A stretch of 64,000 nucleotides of DNA, taken from the sequence record SRR31156797_4552. The stretch is one strand, 5' to 3'. Position numbers and translations under genes: made by a program. The notes beneath the pieces were generated by a model. It made no database searches. It saw only the letters and a list, made by a program, of their open reading frames with translations, and was not told the DNA's origin. Numbering within the stretch: position 1 is the stretch's first letter; each line of letters opens with the position of its first letter. This document shows positions 49,214-59,909 of the stretch, piece after piece.

Positions 49214-50866
49214 ATGTCAGGTAAATTCTGGGGATTTCTGGATACTGCTTCCCGTTACAGGCTTTTGGTTTCCGGGCACGGCAAACCTCATCTTATGGAA
49301 ACTGCCAACCGGATTATCAATAGCGCCGAGAGCAGCCGCGAAAAAAGTACGCTCATTGATCTGGGTGTGGATATGTTTTTGGCTGCATGGGAGGGCAGTC
49401 CTTTGGATGGGCAGCTTGCTTCCAACTTACTGGCCATTAATAAACAGATCAATTTTCTGCCTGCACCGTTGGTGGAAAATATGTCACTTATTGCTTCGAA
49501 CAGTGCTATTCCGGAAAATTTGGGCTACCTGCAACGGCTAATCGCTAAAGATGATAAAGATAAGCTGCTCGATTATCTTTCCAAACAGACAGAACGGGAA
49601 CCTGAGAATCTTTTTTGGCTTTCCCATTTGCTTGATCTGGCATTTTTCCTCGGGCGACACGAGGTTGCCAGTGCGGCCCTTGCCCGGGACTGGCCTACAC
49701 CCATGAATATGGTGTTAAATAAATATGCCGGGGATGTTGCTTTTTGCTCCGGTGATTATGAGCAAGCTGAGGCCATTTACTCAGACACTTCCGACGGCGC
49801 ACTCATTTTGGGTGAGAATTTATTGCGACTGGCAGAGAGTGTCGATCGTATGGGCAGGCGTGATGAGGCCCTGGTTCTCTGGCGGGATCGCATGACAGCC
49901 CGTCCGTGGCAGGTCAATACCTGGTTTAATGTTCATGACCGTTTACTCGGTGGCGGTGGTTCGAATCTGCTGGATGGTCAGGTCGCGGTTTGTTTGTACA
50001 GTTTCAATAAAGCGGATGATTTTGATGCGACTATTAAGTCGTTGGCGCAGTCTCCGTTGGATAATGTGCATATCTTCGCGCTCAATAACGGAAGTTCAGA
50101 CCATACGTCCGGAGTGCTGACCCGCTGGAAAGAGCAACTTGGTGAACGGTTCATCCGTATTGATCTTCCAGTGAATGTTGGTGCTCCGGCAGCGCGTAAC
50201 TGGCTGAAAAATATGAATGAGCTTAAGCTCTACGATTACGTAGCGTATCTTGATGATGATGCCTTTATTCCGGAGGATTGGCAGGCTCATTTCAGCGCGG
50301 CGGTGGATTCCTATCCTGATGCGGGGGTCTGGGGTTGTAAGGTGGTCAATGAGGATCAGCAGGAAGTCATTCAGCATGCTGACTTGCATTTACGGGAGAC
50401 TCCAGCGGGATTTGAGGACGTGGTCCGTAGCTTTGAATTTGCTTATCTTGATCCGTATAATCAGGATCTTGATTACGGGCAGTTTGATTATTGCCGTCCC
50501 TGCGTTTCCGTCACTGGATGTTTTCATCTTTTCCGGCAGGATGTATTGAGTCAAAGTGGCGATTTTGATTTGCGTTACTCACCTACCCAATATGATGATC
50601 TGGACCATGATTTGATGCTTGCCAAAGCTGGAAGAACCGCCGTTTATCAGGGTAAGCTTAAAGTGCAACACAAGCGTAAGTCCGGTTCAGCCGTATCCAT
50701 CAGCCGTGCCGCCCGTGGTAGCGGGGCGGGCAACGTGTTGAAGTTGGAATCCAAGTATGAATCCCGGGAAGTGGCAGCGATTATTGAGCGTGATATTGAG
50801 CGGCTGGAAAATGATTTTACTGAAAAGGCCCTTAAAGTCGGGCACGTGATGAAGGATCTGGAATAG
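49214..50866 (+). CDS. GT2-family glycosyltransferase with N-terminal TPR-like helices
   Basis: NNGSSD, NVGAPAARN, YLDDDA (DxD), VTGCFH, YDDLDH. Confidence 0.82.
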   Translation: MSGKFWGFLDTASRYRLLVSGHGKPHLMETANRIINSAESSREKSTLIDLGVDMFLAAWEGSPLDGQLASNLLAINKQINFLPAPLVENMSLIASNSAIPENLGYLQRLIAKDDKDKLLDYLSKQTEREPENLFWLSHLLDLAFFLGRHEVASAALARDWPTPMNMVLNKYAGDVAFCSGDYEQAEAIYSDTSDGALILGENLLRLAESVDRMGRRDEALVLWRDRMTARPWQVNTWFNVHDRLLGGGGSNLLDGQVAVCLYSFNKADDFDATIKSLAQSPLDNVHIFALNNGSSDHTSGVLTRWKEQLGERFIRIDLPVNVGAPAARNWLKNMNELKLYDYVAYLDDDAFIPEDWQAHFSAAVDSYPDAGVWGCKVVNEDQQEVIQHADLHLRETPAGFEDVVRSFEFAYLDPYNQDLDYGQFDYCRPCVSVTGCFHLFRQDVLSQSGDFDLRYSPTQYDDLDHDLMLAKAGRTAVYQGKLKVQHKRKSGSAVSISRAARGSGAGNVLKLESKYESREVAAIIERDIERLENDFTEKALKVGHVMKDLE

Positions 50867-50934
50867 TTAATTAAGTTCGTTGTTGTACATGTAATAATCT
50901 GTTAGAGTTTTCCAAACCATAAAAGGAGTGGGAA

Positions 50935-51162
50935 ATGAAAATTTTTTTTATTGCGAGCTTGTTGTGCCTTGCTCTGTTGGCGTTTGCCGGATGCGGTTCT
51001 AAACACCATACAATCACCAAGGCTGATGGTTCTACTGCGGTAAGTGTCGGCGCACCACAATACAATAAAGATTCGAATACCTATACTTATGAGAATCTTG
51101 ATGGCCAGCAGACAACAATTAAGCGGGAAGATGTGCAGCAGATTGAGGAAAACAAGAAATAG
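50935..51162 (+). CDS. YgdI/YgdR-like small lipoprotein
   Basis: Lipobox FAGC; ITKADG...PQY...YENLDGQQ.TI...V..I; AGGAG SD. Confidence 0.8.
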   Translation: MKIFFIASLLCLALLAFAGCGSKHHTITKADGSTAVSVGAPQYNKDSNTYTYENLDGQQTTIKREDVQQIEENKK

Positions 51163-51172
51163 CTAAGAATCT

Positions 51173-51216
51173 AAAAAAGCCGGGAACTCATACAAGTTGA
51201 GCTCCCGGCTTTTTTT
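51173..51216. terminator. Bidirectional terminator
   Basis: AAAAAAGCCGGGA...TCCCGGCTTTTTTT. Confidence 0.8.
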
Positions 51217-51233
51217 CGGCCTTCAATCAGAAT

Positions 51234-51776
51234 TTATTCCATGGTACTGGATAGTTTTTCAAAGTACGGACGTACTACTTTTACGTCTTCAGCAGGTGCT
51301 TTCATCATGGCTTTGGCGGTTTTCATGGAAGAAAGCATGTGTTCCTTGAACATTTTCTTTTGTTCCGGGCTCATGTTCGGATCAGCTTCCATTTGGGCGA
51401 TTGCTGCTTCAAGTTCAGCCATGCCCGCGTTGCCGTCTTCTTCCATGGCGATGGAGGCAAATGCCTTAACTACGCGACCTGCGGTTTCGGGCCATGTTTT
51501 GTAGGTGAATCCGTTTGCTTCGATGATCCTTTTTGCTTGAGGGGTATAACCATAAAGCATGGCAAATTCTTCATGAAGCATTTCAGGATTAAAGGGGTCT
51601 ACATCGCTTTCACCAGACTCTTCCATTTCCTCTTCCATTTGTTCCATGATTGGGTCTAGCTGTTCCAGTGTTTTAACAACCCGTTCTACCTGATCTCCGG
51701 TAAGGGGGGATATAGCATTCGCTGTGAATGCGAAAAGGAAGGTCAGTACGATTAGCACCAGTATTTTTTTAAGCAT
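51234..51776 (-). CDS. Secreted acidic helical hypothetical protein
   Basis: Signal peptide MLKKILVLIVLTFLFAFTANA; GGAGG SD; Met/Glu-rich. Confidence 0.75.
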   Translation of the reverse strand: MLKKILVLIVLTFLFAFTANAISPLTGDQVERVVKTLEQLDPIMEQMEEEMEESGESDVDPFNPEMLHEEFAMLYGYTPQAKRIIEANGFTYKTWPETAGRVVKAFASIAMEEDGNAGMAELEAAIAQMEADPNMSPEQKKMFKEHMLSSMKTAKAMMKAPAEDVKVVRPYFEKLSSTME

Positions 51777-51862
51777 TATTCCTCCATGCAGATTATTTAC
51801 CCCGACTAATGATTATGGGTATATATTAAATTAAGATTTTGTAAAGAGAGATGGAGAAAATG

Positions 51863-51896
51863 AAAGGTCCCCGCTTCTTTTGAAGCAGGGACCTTT
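51863..51896 (-). terminator. Terminator after glutamine synthetase
   Basis: AAAGGTCCCCGCTTC-tttt-GAAGCAGGGACCTTT. Confidence 0.75.
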
Positions 51897-51927
51897 CTTT
51901 GCTTAAGGATATGGCAGTAATTAATTT

Positions 51928-54114
51928 TTATTTGATGAACAGCATCTCGGAGTAGCTGGGCAGGCACCAGAGGTCGTCTGCAACAACTTCTTCGAGCTGG
52001 TCAGCGTACTTGCGGACTTCCTGCATTGCAGGAAGCGCGGTGCAGCAGAGGTATTTTGCTTCTTCTTCAATATCGCCTTCAGGCTTAGTATCCATGATTT
52101 TTTCAAGCTCGATGTTAGCTGTCTGCATGCCACGCAGTTTAGCAGTCAGATCTTCAAGGGTGCCGGTGGTGAATTCTACGCCAATGGCTTTCATCGCTGC
52201 GCAGGTTTCAGCCAGTTCTTTCTGGTAGCGAACTGCGCCGGGGAGGATGTGTGTTTTGGCGAGTTTAGTTACCAGTGCAGCCTCGGTGATGATGGCCTGA
52301 TTGTACTGTTCAAGATAGATTTCTTTGCGGCTTTCCAGTTCTTCTTCAGTGAATACATCGTACTTGGTGAACATTGCTACGGATTCAGCGGAAGAAATTT
52401 CGGGGATAGCATCTGCGGAGGTGCGCAGGTTGGGCAGGCCGCGTTCTTCAACAGCTTCTTTGTGCCATTCGTTAGAGTAGCCGTCGCCGTTGAATACGAT
52501 CTGACCATGGGCGTCCATGATGTCTTTAATGACTTTGTTTACAGCATCGTTGAGTTTGGATTCATCTCCGTCCATGAATGCTTCCATTTCATCAGCGATG
52601 AAATCGAGGGATTCAGCCATCATGGCGTTCAGGGCAACCTGAGGGCCGGCGATGGAAAGGTTTGAACCTACTGCACGGAATTCAAAACGGTTACCGGTGA
52701 AAGCAAATGGGCTGGTACGGTTACGGTCACCAGCATCTCTGGGCAGCGGAGGCAGGGTGTCTACGCCAGCTTTAAGAAAGCCTGTGGAAGTAGGAGTCGG
52801 GGAGTCGCCTTCCTGAATCTTGTTGAGGATTTCAGAGAGGTGCTCGCCGAGGAAGATGGACATGATTGCCGGGGGAGCTTCGTTGGCACCAAGGCGGTGA
52901 TCGTTGGAAGCGGTGGCAACTACTGCACGCAGAAGTTTACTGTGCATGTGTACTGCACGGATGACTGCGGAGCAGAAGATGAGGAACTGTGCGTTCTCAT
53001 GGGGGTTGTCGCCCGGATCGAAGAGGGAGCCGTGTCCGTTGCAGCTCAGGGAGTAGTTTACATGCTTACCGGAGCCGTTGATCCCTGCGAAAGGCTTTTC
53101 GTGAAGCAGGCAGACCATACCGTGACGCTTTGCTACGCTTTTCAGGGTGGTCATGATCATCTGGTTGTGGTCGGTAGCGATGTTGGACTGTTCGTATACA
53201 GGAGCGATTTCGAACTGTCCGGGAGCTACTTCATTGTGACGGGTTTTGACCGGAACGCCCAGTTTATAGAGTTCGTGTTCAACATCCATCATGAAGGAGA
53301 GCACGCGGCGGGGAACAGCTCCGAAGTAATGGTCGTCCAGTTCCTGACCTTTTGCGGGCTTGGCACCGAAAAGTGTTCTGCCGGACATCATGAGGTCGGG
53401 CCGTGCGAAGTAGAAGTTGCGGTCAATAAGGAAATATTCCTGTTCAGGGCCTGCATTGGAAGCAACGCGGTTGCCGGACTTGTCACCGAAAATATTCAGG
53501 ATGCGCTGTGCGGAAGTGTTGACCACCTGAGTAGCTTTCAGCAGGGGGGTTTTTTTGTCCAGTGCTTCACCTTTCCAGGAAATGAAAGCTGTGGGGATGC
53601 ACAGAAAAGTTCCATTGGGGTTTTCAAGGATGTAAGCAGGGCTGGTCACGTCCCATGCTGTGTAACCGCGAGCTTCAAAAGTAGCGCGCAGGCCGCCGTT
53701 GGGGAAACTTGATGCATCAGGTTCACCCTGAATGAGGAGTTTACCTTCAAATTCAGCAATGCAGTTACCGTTACCGTCAGGAGAGATGAAGCTGTCGTGC
53801 TTTTCTGCGGTCAGTCCGGTCAGCGGATAGAAAACGTGGGTGTAATGAGTTGCGCCTTTTTCCATGGCCCATTCTTTCATTGCGTTTGCAACGGTGTCGG
53901 CGATGGAAGGATCGATTGCGGCACCTTCTTCAATGGTTTTTTTCAGAGATTTGTAGACTTTTTTGGGAAGTCTGTCCTTCATTACGTTGTCGTTGAAGAC
54001 GTTGCAGCCGAAGAGTTCGGTGGGTTTGGTGTCGGCAAAGCTGAAGGAAGCTTCAGGGGTAGAGTAGTTGGTCACTGCAGTGATCGCACCCTGGCGGGAG
54101 GTGTTTGAACTCAT
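51928..54114 (-). CDS. glnN: Glutamine synthetase type III
   Basis: 728 aa; [75 protein letters not shown]. Confidence 0.95.
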   Translation of the reverse strand: MSSNTSRQGAITAVTNYSTPEASFSFADTKPTELFGCNVFNDNVMKDRLPKKVYKSLKKTIEEGAAIDPSIADTVANAMKEWAMEKGATHYTHVFYPLTGLTAEKHDSFISPDGNGNCIAEFEGKLLIQGEPDASSFPNGGLRATFEARGYTAWDVTSPAYILENPNGTFLCIPTAFISWKGEALDKKTPLLKATQVVNTSAQRILNIFGDKSGNRVASNAGPEQEYFLIDRNFYFARPDLMMSGRTLFGAKPAKGQELDDHYFGAVPRRVLSFMMDVEHELYKLGVPVKTRHNEVAPGQFEIAPVYEQSNIATDHNQMIMTTLKSVAKRHGMVCLLHEKPFAGINGSGKHVNYSLSCNGHGSLFDPGDNPHENAQFLIFCSAVIRAVHMHSKLLRAVVATASNDHRLGANEAPPAIMSIFLGEHLSEILNKIQEGDSPTPTSTGFLKAGVDTLPPLPRDAGDRNRTSPFAFTGNRFEFRAVGSNLSIAGPQVALNAMMAESLDFIADEMEAFMDGDESKLNDAVNKVIKDIMDAHGQIVFNGDGYSNEWHKEAVEERGLPNLRTSADAIPEISSAESVAMFTKYDVFTEEELESRKEIYLEQYNQAIITEAALVTKLAKTHILPGAVRYQKELAETCAAMKAIGVEFTTGTLEDLTAKLRGMQTANIELEKIMDTKPEGDIEEEAKYLCCTALPAMQEVRKYADQLEEVVADDLWCLPSYSEMLFIK

Positions 54115-54198
54115 TGGAAAAAACTCCTTGAATCTTTTTTATTTAGTGATCTTCGCTTGGCGAAGAATTTTGGCGTTAATCAAACCTGCTCAGACATA

Positions 54199-54214
54199 AG
54201 CAGAAGGCGTGCCG
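54199..54214 (-). promoter_or_regulatory. sigma54 (-24/-12) promoter of the GS III gene
   Basis: Minus strand CGGCACGCCTTCTGCT = GG-N10-GC, matching TGGCAC-N5-TTGC consensus. Confidence 0.75.
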
Positions 54215-54281
54215 TAGTTTTGAAAAGTTATGTATTATAGGTATTTATCTGTGTGTCGGTTTGTTTTGAAAGCTGATTGTC

Positions 54282-54388
54282 TTACAAAAATGTAGAATAG
54301 GCCTGGTTGTGTAGAGTGTGTTTGTTACAAAAATGTTATTAAATTTAAGTATTGCTCAAAAGAGGGGTAAATTGATTACAAAATTGTA
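54282..54388. promoter_or_regulatory. Three TTACA-N4-TGT(A) palindromes, putative enhancer (bEBP) sites
   Basis: TACAAAAATGTA 54283-54294, TACAAAAATGTT 54326-54337, TACAAAATTGTA 54377-54388. Confidence 0.65.
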
Positions 54389-54809
54389 TATTTTGATCGG
54401 GTAAACGGTTGTTTGAGGCTTAAAAGCCGTAGTGAACGTAAAAAAGCAGGTCGGGAAAGATTGCACATGTTTTACGTGTTGGAGATTCCCTACATTAATA
54501 TATGGAGAAAGTCAGCAGTAAACATTAAAGCTTTTACCCCTCTTTGACGTTCGGCTTGTTTTTGTTGGTGGTGTGGTCGGTGGATTTTGAGAAAACTGTT
54601 TTGTTTTTTGGAAGTTATTTCGGAAAACACATAGAGGTAATTTGTGAAATATGAGGGTGTGTGGTTGTAGTTATTTCTGTTTTAGTGACAGGTTGGTTGA
54701 TTGGCAGATCAGGTAAGTGTTTGCTTTTAAAATGTATGTGTTCTTGAGCTGTTAGCGTAATAGTTGAGTTTGATTGGATTTCTAATTGAATGGTTGTGCG
54801 GCCAATGTC

Positions 54810-54838
54810 TTGAATTTAGTGTAAAAAGGTGCTAAATT
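54810..54838 (+). promoter_or_regulatory. Putative sigma70 promoter of glnHPQ
   Basis: TTGAAT-N17-TAAATT with extended TG. Confidence 0.4.
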
Positions 54839-54946
54839 TTGCTACTTCGACAAATAATCGACGGGTAATTTTCTCGTTGATCGGTCTATCTTCATTTTTA
54901 TTGTTATGAAGATTTTTTAGAAATGATGTTTATTCTTGGAGGATTC

Positions 54947-55690
54947 ATGAAAAAACTGCTTTCAATAATCGTTGCCGCTCTGATTACCGCGACCATGGTC
55001 GGAACTGCTTTCGCAGGTAAACTTACCGTTGCTTGTGACACCAGCTTCCCTCCTTTTGAATTTAAAGATCCTGCTACCGGAAAGCACACCGGCTTTGACG
55101 TTGAGCTTTGGGAAGCTATCGCTAATAAGATCGGTGTTGATTATGATCTGCAGCCCATGGACTTCAACGGCATCATTCCCGGTCTTCAGTCCAACCAGCT
55201 TGATGTTGGTATCGCAGGTATCACCATCAAGCCTGAGCGTGCTAAAGTCGTTGACTTCTCTGACGGTTACTACAATTCCGGTCTGCTCATCCTTGTTAAG
55301 AAAGACGACAATTCCATCAACGGTATTGAAGATCTTAAAGGTAAGATCATCTCCACCAAACTGAGTACTTCTTCCGCTGATTTCGCAAAGAGTGCTAACG
55401 CTAAGGAAGTTAAGCTTTACCCCAACAACGACGCTATGTTCATGGAACTCATGACCGGCGGTGCTGATGCGGTTATTTTTGACTCCCCCGTTATCGCAGA
55501 CTTCATGCGTAAGGCCGGTAAAGGTCAGGTTAAAGTTGTTGGTCCTCTGTACAACGGTCAGCAGTACGGTATTGCTTTCCCCAAAGGAAGCGACCTCGTA
55601 GCCAAAGTTAACGCAGCTCTTAAAGACCTGCGCAAAGACGGCACCTACCGTGAACTGTACGTAAAATGGTTCGGTACTGAGCCTAAATAA
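54947..55690 (+). CDS. glnH: Glutamine/polar amino acid ABC transporter substrate-binding protein
   Basis: DTSFPPFEF, GFDVELW, PMDFNGIIPGLQ, YGIAFPKGS, KWFGTEP; GGAGG SD. Confidence 0.9.
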   Translation: MKKLLSIIVAALITATMVGTAFAGKLTVACDTSFPPFEFKDPATGKHTGFDVELWEAIANKIGVDYDLQPMDFNGIIPGLQSNQLDVGIAGITIKPERAKVVDFSDGYYNSGLLILVKKDDNSINGIEDLKGKIISTKLSTSSADFAKSANAKEVKLYPNNDAMFMELMTGGADAVIFDSPVIADFMRKAGKGQVKVVGPLYNGQQYGIAFPKGSDLVAKVNAALKDLRKDGTYRELYVKWFGTEPK

Positions 55691-55768
55691 TTTATTTGTA
55701 ACTATTCCAGTATGTTTTGTGGGGCGGCTATTTGGCCGCCCCTAATTATTTTTTAAACAGAGGTCCTA

Positions 55769-56437
55769 ATGGCATTCGCATTTGACACATCAGTTTTCTG
55801 GGACACATTTCCCATGCTCATGCGTGGTCTCAAGCTTACAATTGAGATTACCATCGGCGGTCTATTTCTTGGATTTATACTTGGAAGCGCAGCAGGTTTG
55901 ATGAAGCTTTCCCGCAATTTTTTTACCAGAAAGATTGCCGGGGTTTACGTTGAAACCATCAGGGGGACGCCCATGCTTGTTCAAGCCATGTTCCTCTATT
56001 ACGGGGTTCCTATGGCTCTCGGAATGCGTATTCCTCCCATTACCGCCGGTATAATCATTATCGCAGTCAATTCGGGTGCCTATATTGCCGAAATCGTTCG
56101 TGGCGCGGTTCAGTCTATCCACAAAGGACAGTTTGAGGCCGGACGTTCTATCGGCCTGACCAATGCCCAGACCATGCGTTTTATTATCTGGCCGCAGGCA
56201 CTCAAGCGCATGATTCCACCTCTTGGCAACCAGTTTATTATCAGCCTTAAAGACACCTCCCTGCTTATGGTTATCGGTGTCGGTGAGCTTATGAGAACCG
56301 GTCAGGAAATCACCTCCGTGAACTTTCGTGCCTTTGAGGTATACCTTGCAGTTGCCTGCGTTTATCTTGTTATGACTCTGTCCATCGCATTTGTAATGCG
56401 CCGTATAGAGAAAAAGCTCAATACTTCCCGGAGGTAG
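55769..56437 (+). CDS. glnP: Glutamine ABC transporter permease
   Basis: [38 protein letters not shown]. Confidence 0.9.
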   Translation: MAFAFDTSVFWDTFPMLMRGLKLTIEITIGGLFLGFILGSAAGLMKLSRNFFTRKIAGVYVETIRGTPMLVQAMFLYYGVPMALGMRIPPITAGIIIIAVNSGAYIAEIVRGAVQSIHKGQFEAGRSIGLTNAQTMRFIIWPQALKRMIPPLGNQFIISLKDTSLLMVIGVGELMRTGQEITSVNFRAFEVYLAVACVYLVMTLSIAFVMRRIEKKLNTSRR

Positions 56438-56441
56438 TGAA

Positions 56442-57173
56442 ATGATTGAGATTAAGAACCTTCACAAAAGTTTCGGGAAGCTTGAAGTCATCAAAGGGAT
56501 CGACCTCAAAGTTGAGTCCGGCGAAGTTGTCTGTATCATCGGGCCTTCCGGGTCCGGCAAATCCACCGTGCTGCGTTGCATCAACAAACTTGAAGAGCCC
56601 ACTTCAGGGACTATTGTCGTAGACGGTCATGATATCATGGCTCCTGCAACCAATATTAACGAAGTGCGTGCTGAAGCCGGTATGGTTTTCCAGCAGTTTA
56701 ACCTTTTTCCGCACATGACCATTCTTGAGAACGTGACCCTTGGCCCGGTTAAGGTTCGTAAGATATCCAAGAGTGATGCTGACGAACTAGGTCTTAAACT
56801 TTTGGATAAGGTTGGGCTTAGAGACAAGGCTCGTAACTATCCGGAACAGCTTTCCGGTGGACAGAAGCAGCGTGTTGCAATTGCCCGGTCTTTGGCTTTG
56901 CAGCCTAAGGTTATTCTTTTTGACGAGCCTACTTCCGCACTCGACCCTGAATTGGTTGGTGAAGTTCTGGAAGTAATGCAGAAGCTTGCCAAGGAAGGTA
57001 TGACTATGATCGTAGTTACCCACGAGATGGGGTTTGCAAAGGAAGTTGCAGACCGTCTTATCTTCATTGATGAGGGTATTATTCAGGAAGAAGGCGATCC
57101 TACTGAAGTTTTTGCTAATCCCAAGAATCCTAGACTAAAGGATTTTCTTGGAAAGGTTGTTTCCCATATTTAA
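56442..57173 (+). CDS. glnQ: Glutamine ABC transporter ATP-binding protein
   Basis: [37 protein letters not shown]. Confidence 0.92.
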   Translation: MIEIKNLHKSFGKLEVIKGIDLKVESGEVVCIIGPSGSGKSTVLRCINKLEEPTSGTIVVDGHDIMAPATNINEVRAEAGMVFQQFNLFPHMTILENVTLGPVKVRKISKSDADELGLKLLDKVGLRDKARNYPEQLSGGQKQRVAIARSLALQPKVILFDEPTSALDPELVGEVLEVMQKLAKEGMTMIVVTHEMGFAKEVADRLIFIDEGIIQEEGDPTEVFANPKNPRLKDFLGKVVSHI

Positions 57174-57194
57174 GGGAATCCTACAATTGTGAAT

Positions 57195-57229
57195 AAAAAG
57201 GGCAGTCCTCAGGGGCTGCTCTTTTTTTT
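57195..57229 (+). terminator. Terminator after glnQ
   Basis: AAGGGCAGTCC...GGGCTGCTCTT followed by a T run. Confidence 0.75.
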
Positions 57230-57327
57230 GTTTTGTATTCGTTGTTTTACGGGAATGGGTTGACGTAGCAGCTTCTTTGCTAAATAACGGTAGTATCTTT
57301 AATTTTGAAATTTGGGAGGCAGATAAA

Positions 57328-57903
57328 ATGAAAAAAATTCTGAGTTGCAGCATTGTTGTCCTTGTTCTGGTCCTGATAAGCTCTTTTGCCTTTGCTGACG
57401 GTTGTCCTGAGCTGCGCGGAACTTGGGTTGGGTTGGTCAAGATGATTACTAAAGACGGAAATATTAAAGAACATAAGGCTGTTTTTGTAATTAAGAAGCA
57501 GGAGGGCAATCTCTTTGCCGGTGAAAAAGCATGGTTTGCTGAGAATAAAGAAAATTTAATTACCGAGGGATTTAGCGGTATTATTGGAGCAGATGGCGCA
57601 AGTCTCTATTTTGCGGAGCATGATGAAGGTTATACTTTAGGAACTTTGACCGGAAAGGAAAATATGTCCCTGTACTGCCTTGAGAATGGACGTAAAGCTA
57701 AAGCTATCTACTATACTATGGAGAGAATTCGTTTTGCCCGTGCCTTTGTTGATATCGATAAAGATGGCAGTAAAACCGTTATCCGGTCCGAAATCGTGAA
57801 GGTTTACCCTCTTAATGCTGGACGTATTATGCGTGAAGCTGACTTAAATAAAGACGGAAAACTGAGCAAAAAAGAATGGGAAGAGTGGAAGAAGAAGCAG
57901 TAA
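57328..57903 (+). CDS. Secreted protein with C-terminal EF-hand pair
   Basis: Signal peptide; DIDKDGSKTVIRSE and DLNKDGKLSKKE loops; GGAGG SD. Confidence 0.75.
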   Translation: MKKILSCSIVVLVLVLISSFAFADGCPELRGTWVGLVKMITKDGNIKEHKAVFVIKKQEGNLFAGEKAWFAENKENLITEGFSGIIGADGASLYFAEHDEGYTLGTLTGKENMSLYCLENGRKAKAIYYTMERIRFARAFVDIDKDGSKTVIRSEIVKVYPLNAGRIMREADLNKDGKLSKKEWEEWKKKQ

Positions 57904-58094
57904 TTTTGTTTTAAGATTTTAAAAAAGGCACGGATTTTGGTCCGTGCCTTTTGCTTTTTGAGGCTGTTATTGTTTTATTTTTAGATTAGCTTGGGTTAAT
58001 GGGGGATTCAGTTTTTTGCGATTGAAAAAAATACCTGACCATGGAATAGTCATAATTAAATAAATCAATAAACGTAAGCTGATGCGGGGGGTTT

Positions 58095-58592
58095 ATGAGC
58101 GATGCGTGGGCGGTGTTGTTAGCTGGAATTGGGGGATTTGGTCTGGCTTATGCTCTGATGCAAACGCGGGAGCAGGGCAGGATTGAAGATAAAGAATTTC
58201 AGCAGTGGCGCAAAGAGATACGGAAGATGGCTTTGTTGATTACCAATCATACGCCCCGGCAGTATGGCGGGTGCGCAAATGACAAGGCTGCCCATATGGC
58301 TGTAGCAAAGCTGCGCCAATTACATACCGGACTGGCGGTTAGGATTTTGCCTGATGATTCTATCGGATTGAAACTTTTAAGCAGCCTTAACCGGTTGATA
58401 GAAGATATTAACGGTGGAAGAGTTGGGCAGGAAAGTCATGCGGAAGTGGTCAGTTTATTTGCAGCCTTGCTGGCTGAGCGGAGAGGTGTTGGGCTGTCGC
58501 CATCCGGATTGTCGTTGAGCGGATTTTTTCGCTGGGTGTATCAATTGCCGGAGTACCTGACCGAATATGACCGGGATCGTAAGGCTAATTAA
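58095..58592 (+). CDS. Hypothetical protein with N-terminal membrane anchor
   Basis: 165-aa ORF with hydrophobic N-terminus, G-rich SD, terminator at 58604-58636. Confidence 0.6.
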   Translation: MSDAWAVLLAGIGGFGLAYALMQTREQGRIEDKEFQQWRKEIRKMALLITNHTPRQYGGCANDKAAHMAVAKLRQLHTGLAVRILPDDSIGLKLLSSLNRLIEDINGGRVGQESHAEVVSLFAALLAERRGVGLSPSGLSLSGFFRWVYQLPEYLTEYDRDRKAN

Positions 58593-58637
58593 TATTTCTA
58601 TGGAAAAGCCCATCATGATTAACATGAAGGGCTTTTA

Positions 58638-59909
58638 TTATATTCTGGCAAAGAATTTACGCTCTGCAGCAGTCAAGTGCCGGAGATCTGTTGCTTTTTT
58701 ATAGTAAAGATTAAAAACCATCAGGTGCATCCAATGGTGACGTGTTTGTTCATTTTTGGTGTTCATTACGGTATGCCATTCATTTTCAGCATATTCTTTT
58801 TCAAGTTTTACCAAGCATGGATGCTCAATAAGCAGCTTACGTATGCAATTGAGGAGAGAAGTGAAATTTTCTTCTGTTCTGTTGAATATTGTCAGTGCTA
58901 CTTTGCATGTGGGACAGAGGTCTTCTTGTAATAGGGAATTGAGGGTATATATTAACCCTTCCGTGCATCGCCATGTTGAGCATTTGCCGATGAGTGCAGA
59001 TTGGTTCGCAAAAGTTACCGTAAATCCATTTTCGCCGTTGCGGCTGAATACATCTTCATTTTTTTGTCCTGAGAAGTGAGTATTCAGGTTGGAGACTAGT
59101 ATGTTTCGCAGGTCTTGATCGTTGTGGACGCTGTAAATTGCGGGTGTTCTTTCAAAGCTGCTTCCTGTGTGCCGCAATACACGAATTGTTTTGATGAAAT
59201 CCTCGTTAGAAATGGTCGGCGTGCCAAAATTGCTCGGCTGATGGATAATAGAGAGTTTACTACGGACATGTATAGGGTTGAATTCGTTCGCGCCGAGTTT
59301 GGGGGCTAGATGCAGGTCAATTGTTTTGCCTTTCATACGTCTTTTTGCAACGGTTTTGGCGACAAGGTCTCGTAGTTTTTTTTCGAACAGGGCTATGTCA
59401 TGTGCCTGCCATGCGAGATATTTGTTTATCTTTTCAAAATTACGCAGGAAGTGGTGTTTGAATGCTTTCGGGTCAGAATAAAGAGATCTCACATAATATT
59501 TTATTATGCGGTCATTTTTGATGGTGAAGTTGGGACCGCCGCTTTTATAATGTATGCTCGGTCTGCAGACTAAAAGTCTTTTGTCACCTGAGTACGGAAT
59601 TTCTACCTGTGTTATTATTCCATCTTTTAAATCCGGAGGGTCTTGGCCGTTATCAGGGCGATATACTCTTCCCGCTTGGGTTATGCGACAGAGGGCGGGC
59701 TTGCGCATACGGATTTTTTCTTCATGCAGGGTAATCTGCTTAATGGAATTTTGCTCGATGATATTTTCCACAAGCTCTGCATTGGATGCGGCAAAGAATT
59801 CCTCTTCCGGGATAGCTTCTATCTGCGGGATGATGCTGGTGCAAACGTTCTCAAAAATTACGCTTAAGTCACAGTCATTAAATAAATTGTTGCGATGCTG
59901 TTTAACCAT
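58638..59909 (-). CDS. Hypothetical protein with degenerate C-terminal restriction-endonuclease-like domain
   Basis: ATG 59909 with AGGAGG SD; FERTP...DLRNILVSNLN...F..NG...LIGKC.TW...ALTIFNR pattern. Confidence 0.65.
   Translation of the reverse strand: MVKQHRNNLFNDCDLSVIFENVCTSIIPQIEAIPEEEFFAASNAELVENIIEQNSIKQITLHEEKIRMRKPALCRITQAGRVYRPDNGQDPPDLKDGIITQVEIPYSGDKRLLVCRPSIHYKSGGPNFTIKNDRIIKYYVRSLYSDPKAFKHHFLRNFEKINKYLAWQAHDIALFEKKLRDLVAKTVAKRRMKGKTIDLHLAPKLGANEFNPIHVRSKLSIIHQPSNFGTPTISNEDFIKTIRVLRHTGSSFERTPAIYSVHNDQDLRNILVSNLNTHFSGQKNEDVFSRNGENGFTVTFANQSALIGKCSTWRCTEGLIYTLNSLLQEDLCPTCKVALTIFNRTEENFTSLLNCIRKLLIEHPCLVKLEKEYAENEWHTVMNTKNEQTRHHWMHLMVFNLYYKKATDLRHLTAAERKFFARI

Noticed and set aside
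54115-54190. Possible glutamine riboswitch in the GS leader
   Set aside because: Only one short hairpin (CTTCGC/GCGAAG); glnA-motif consensus is absent.
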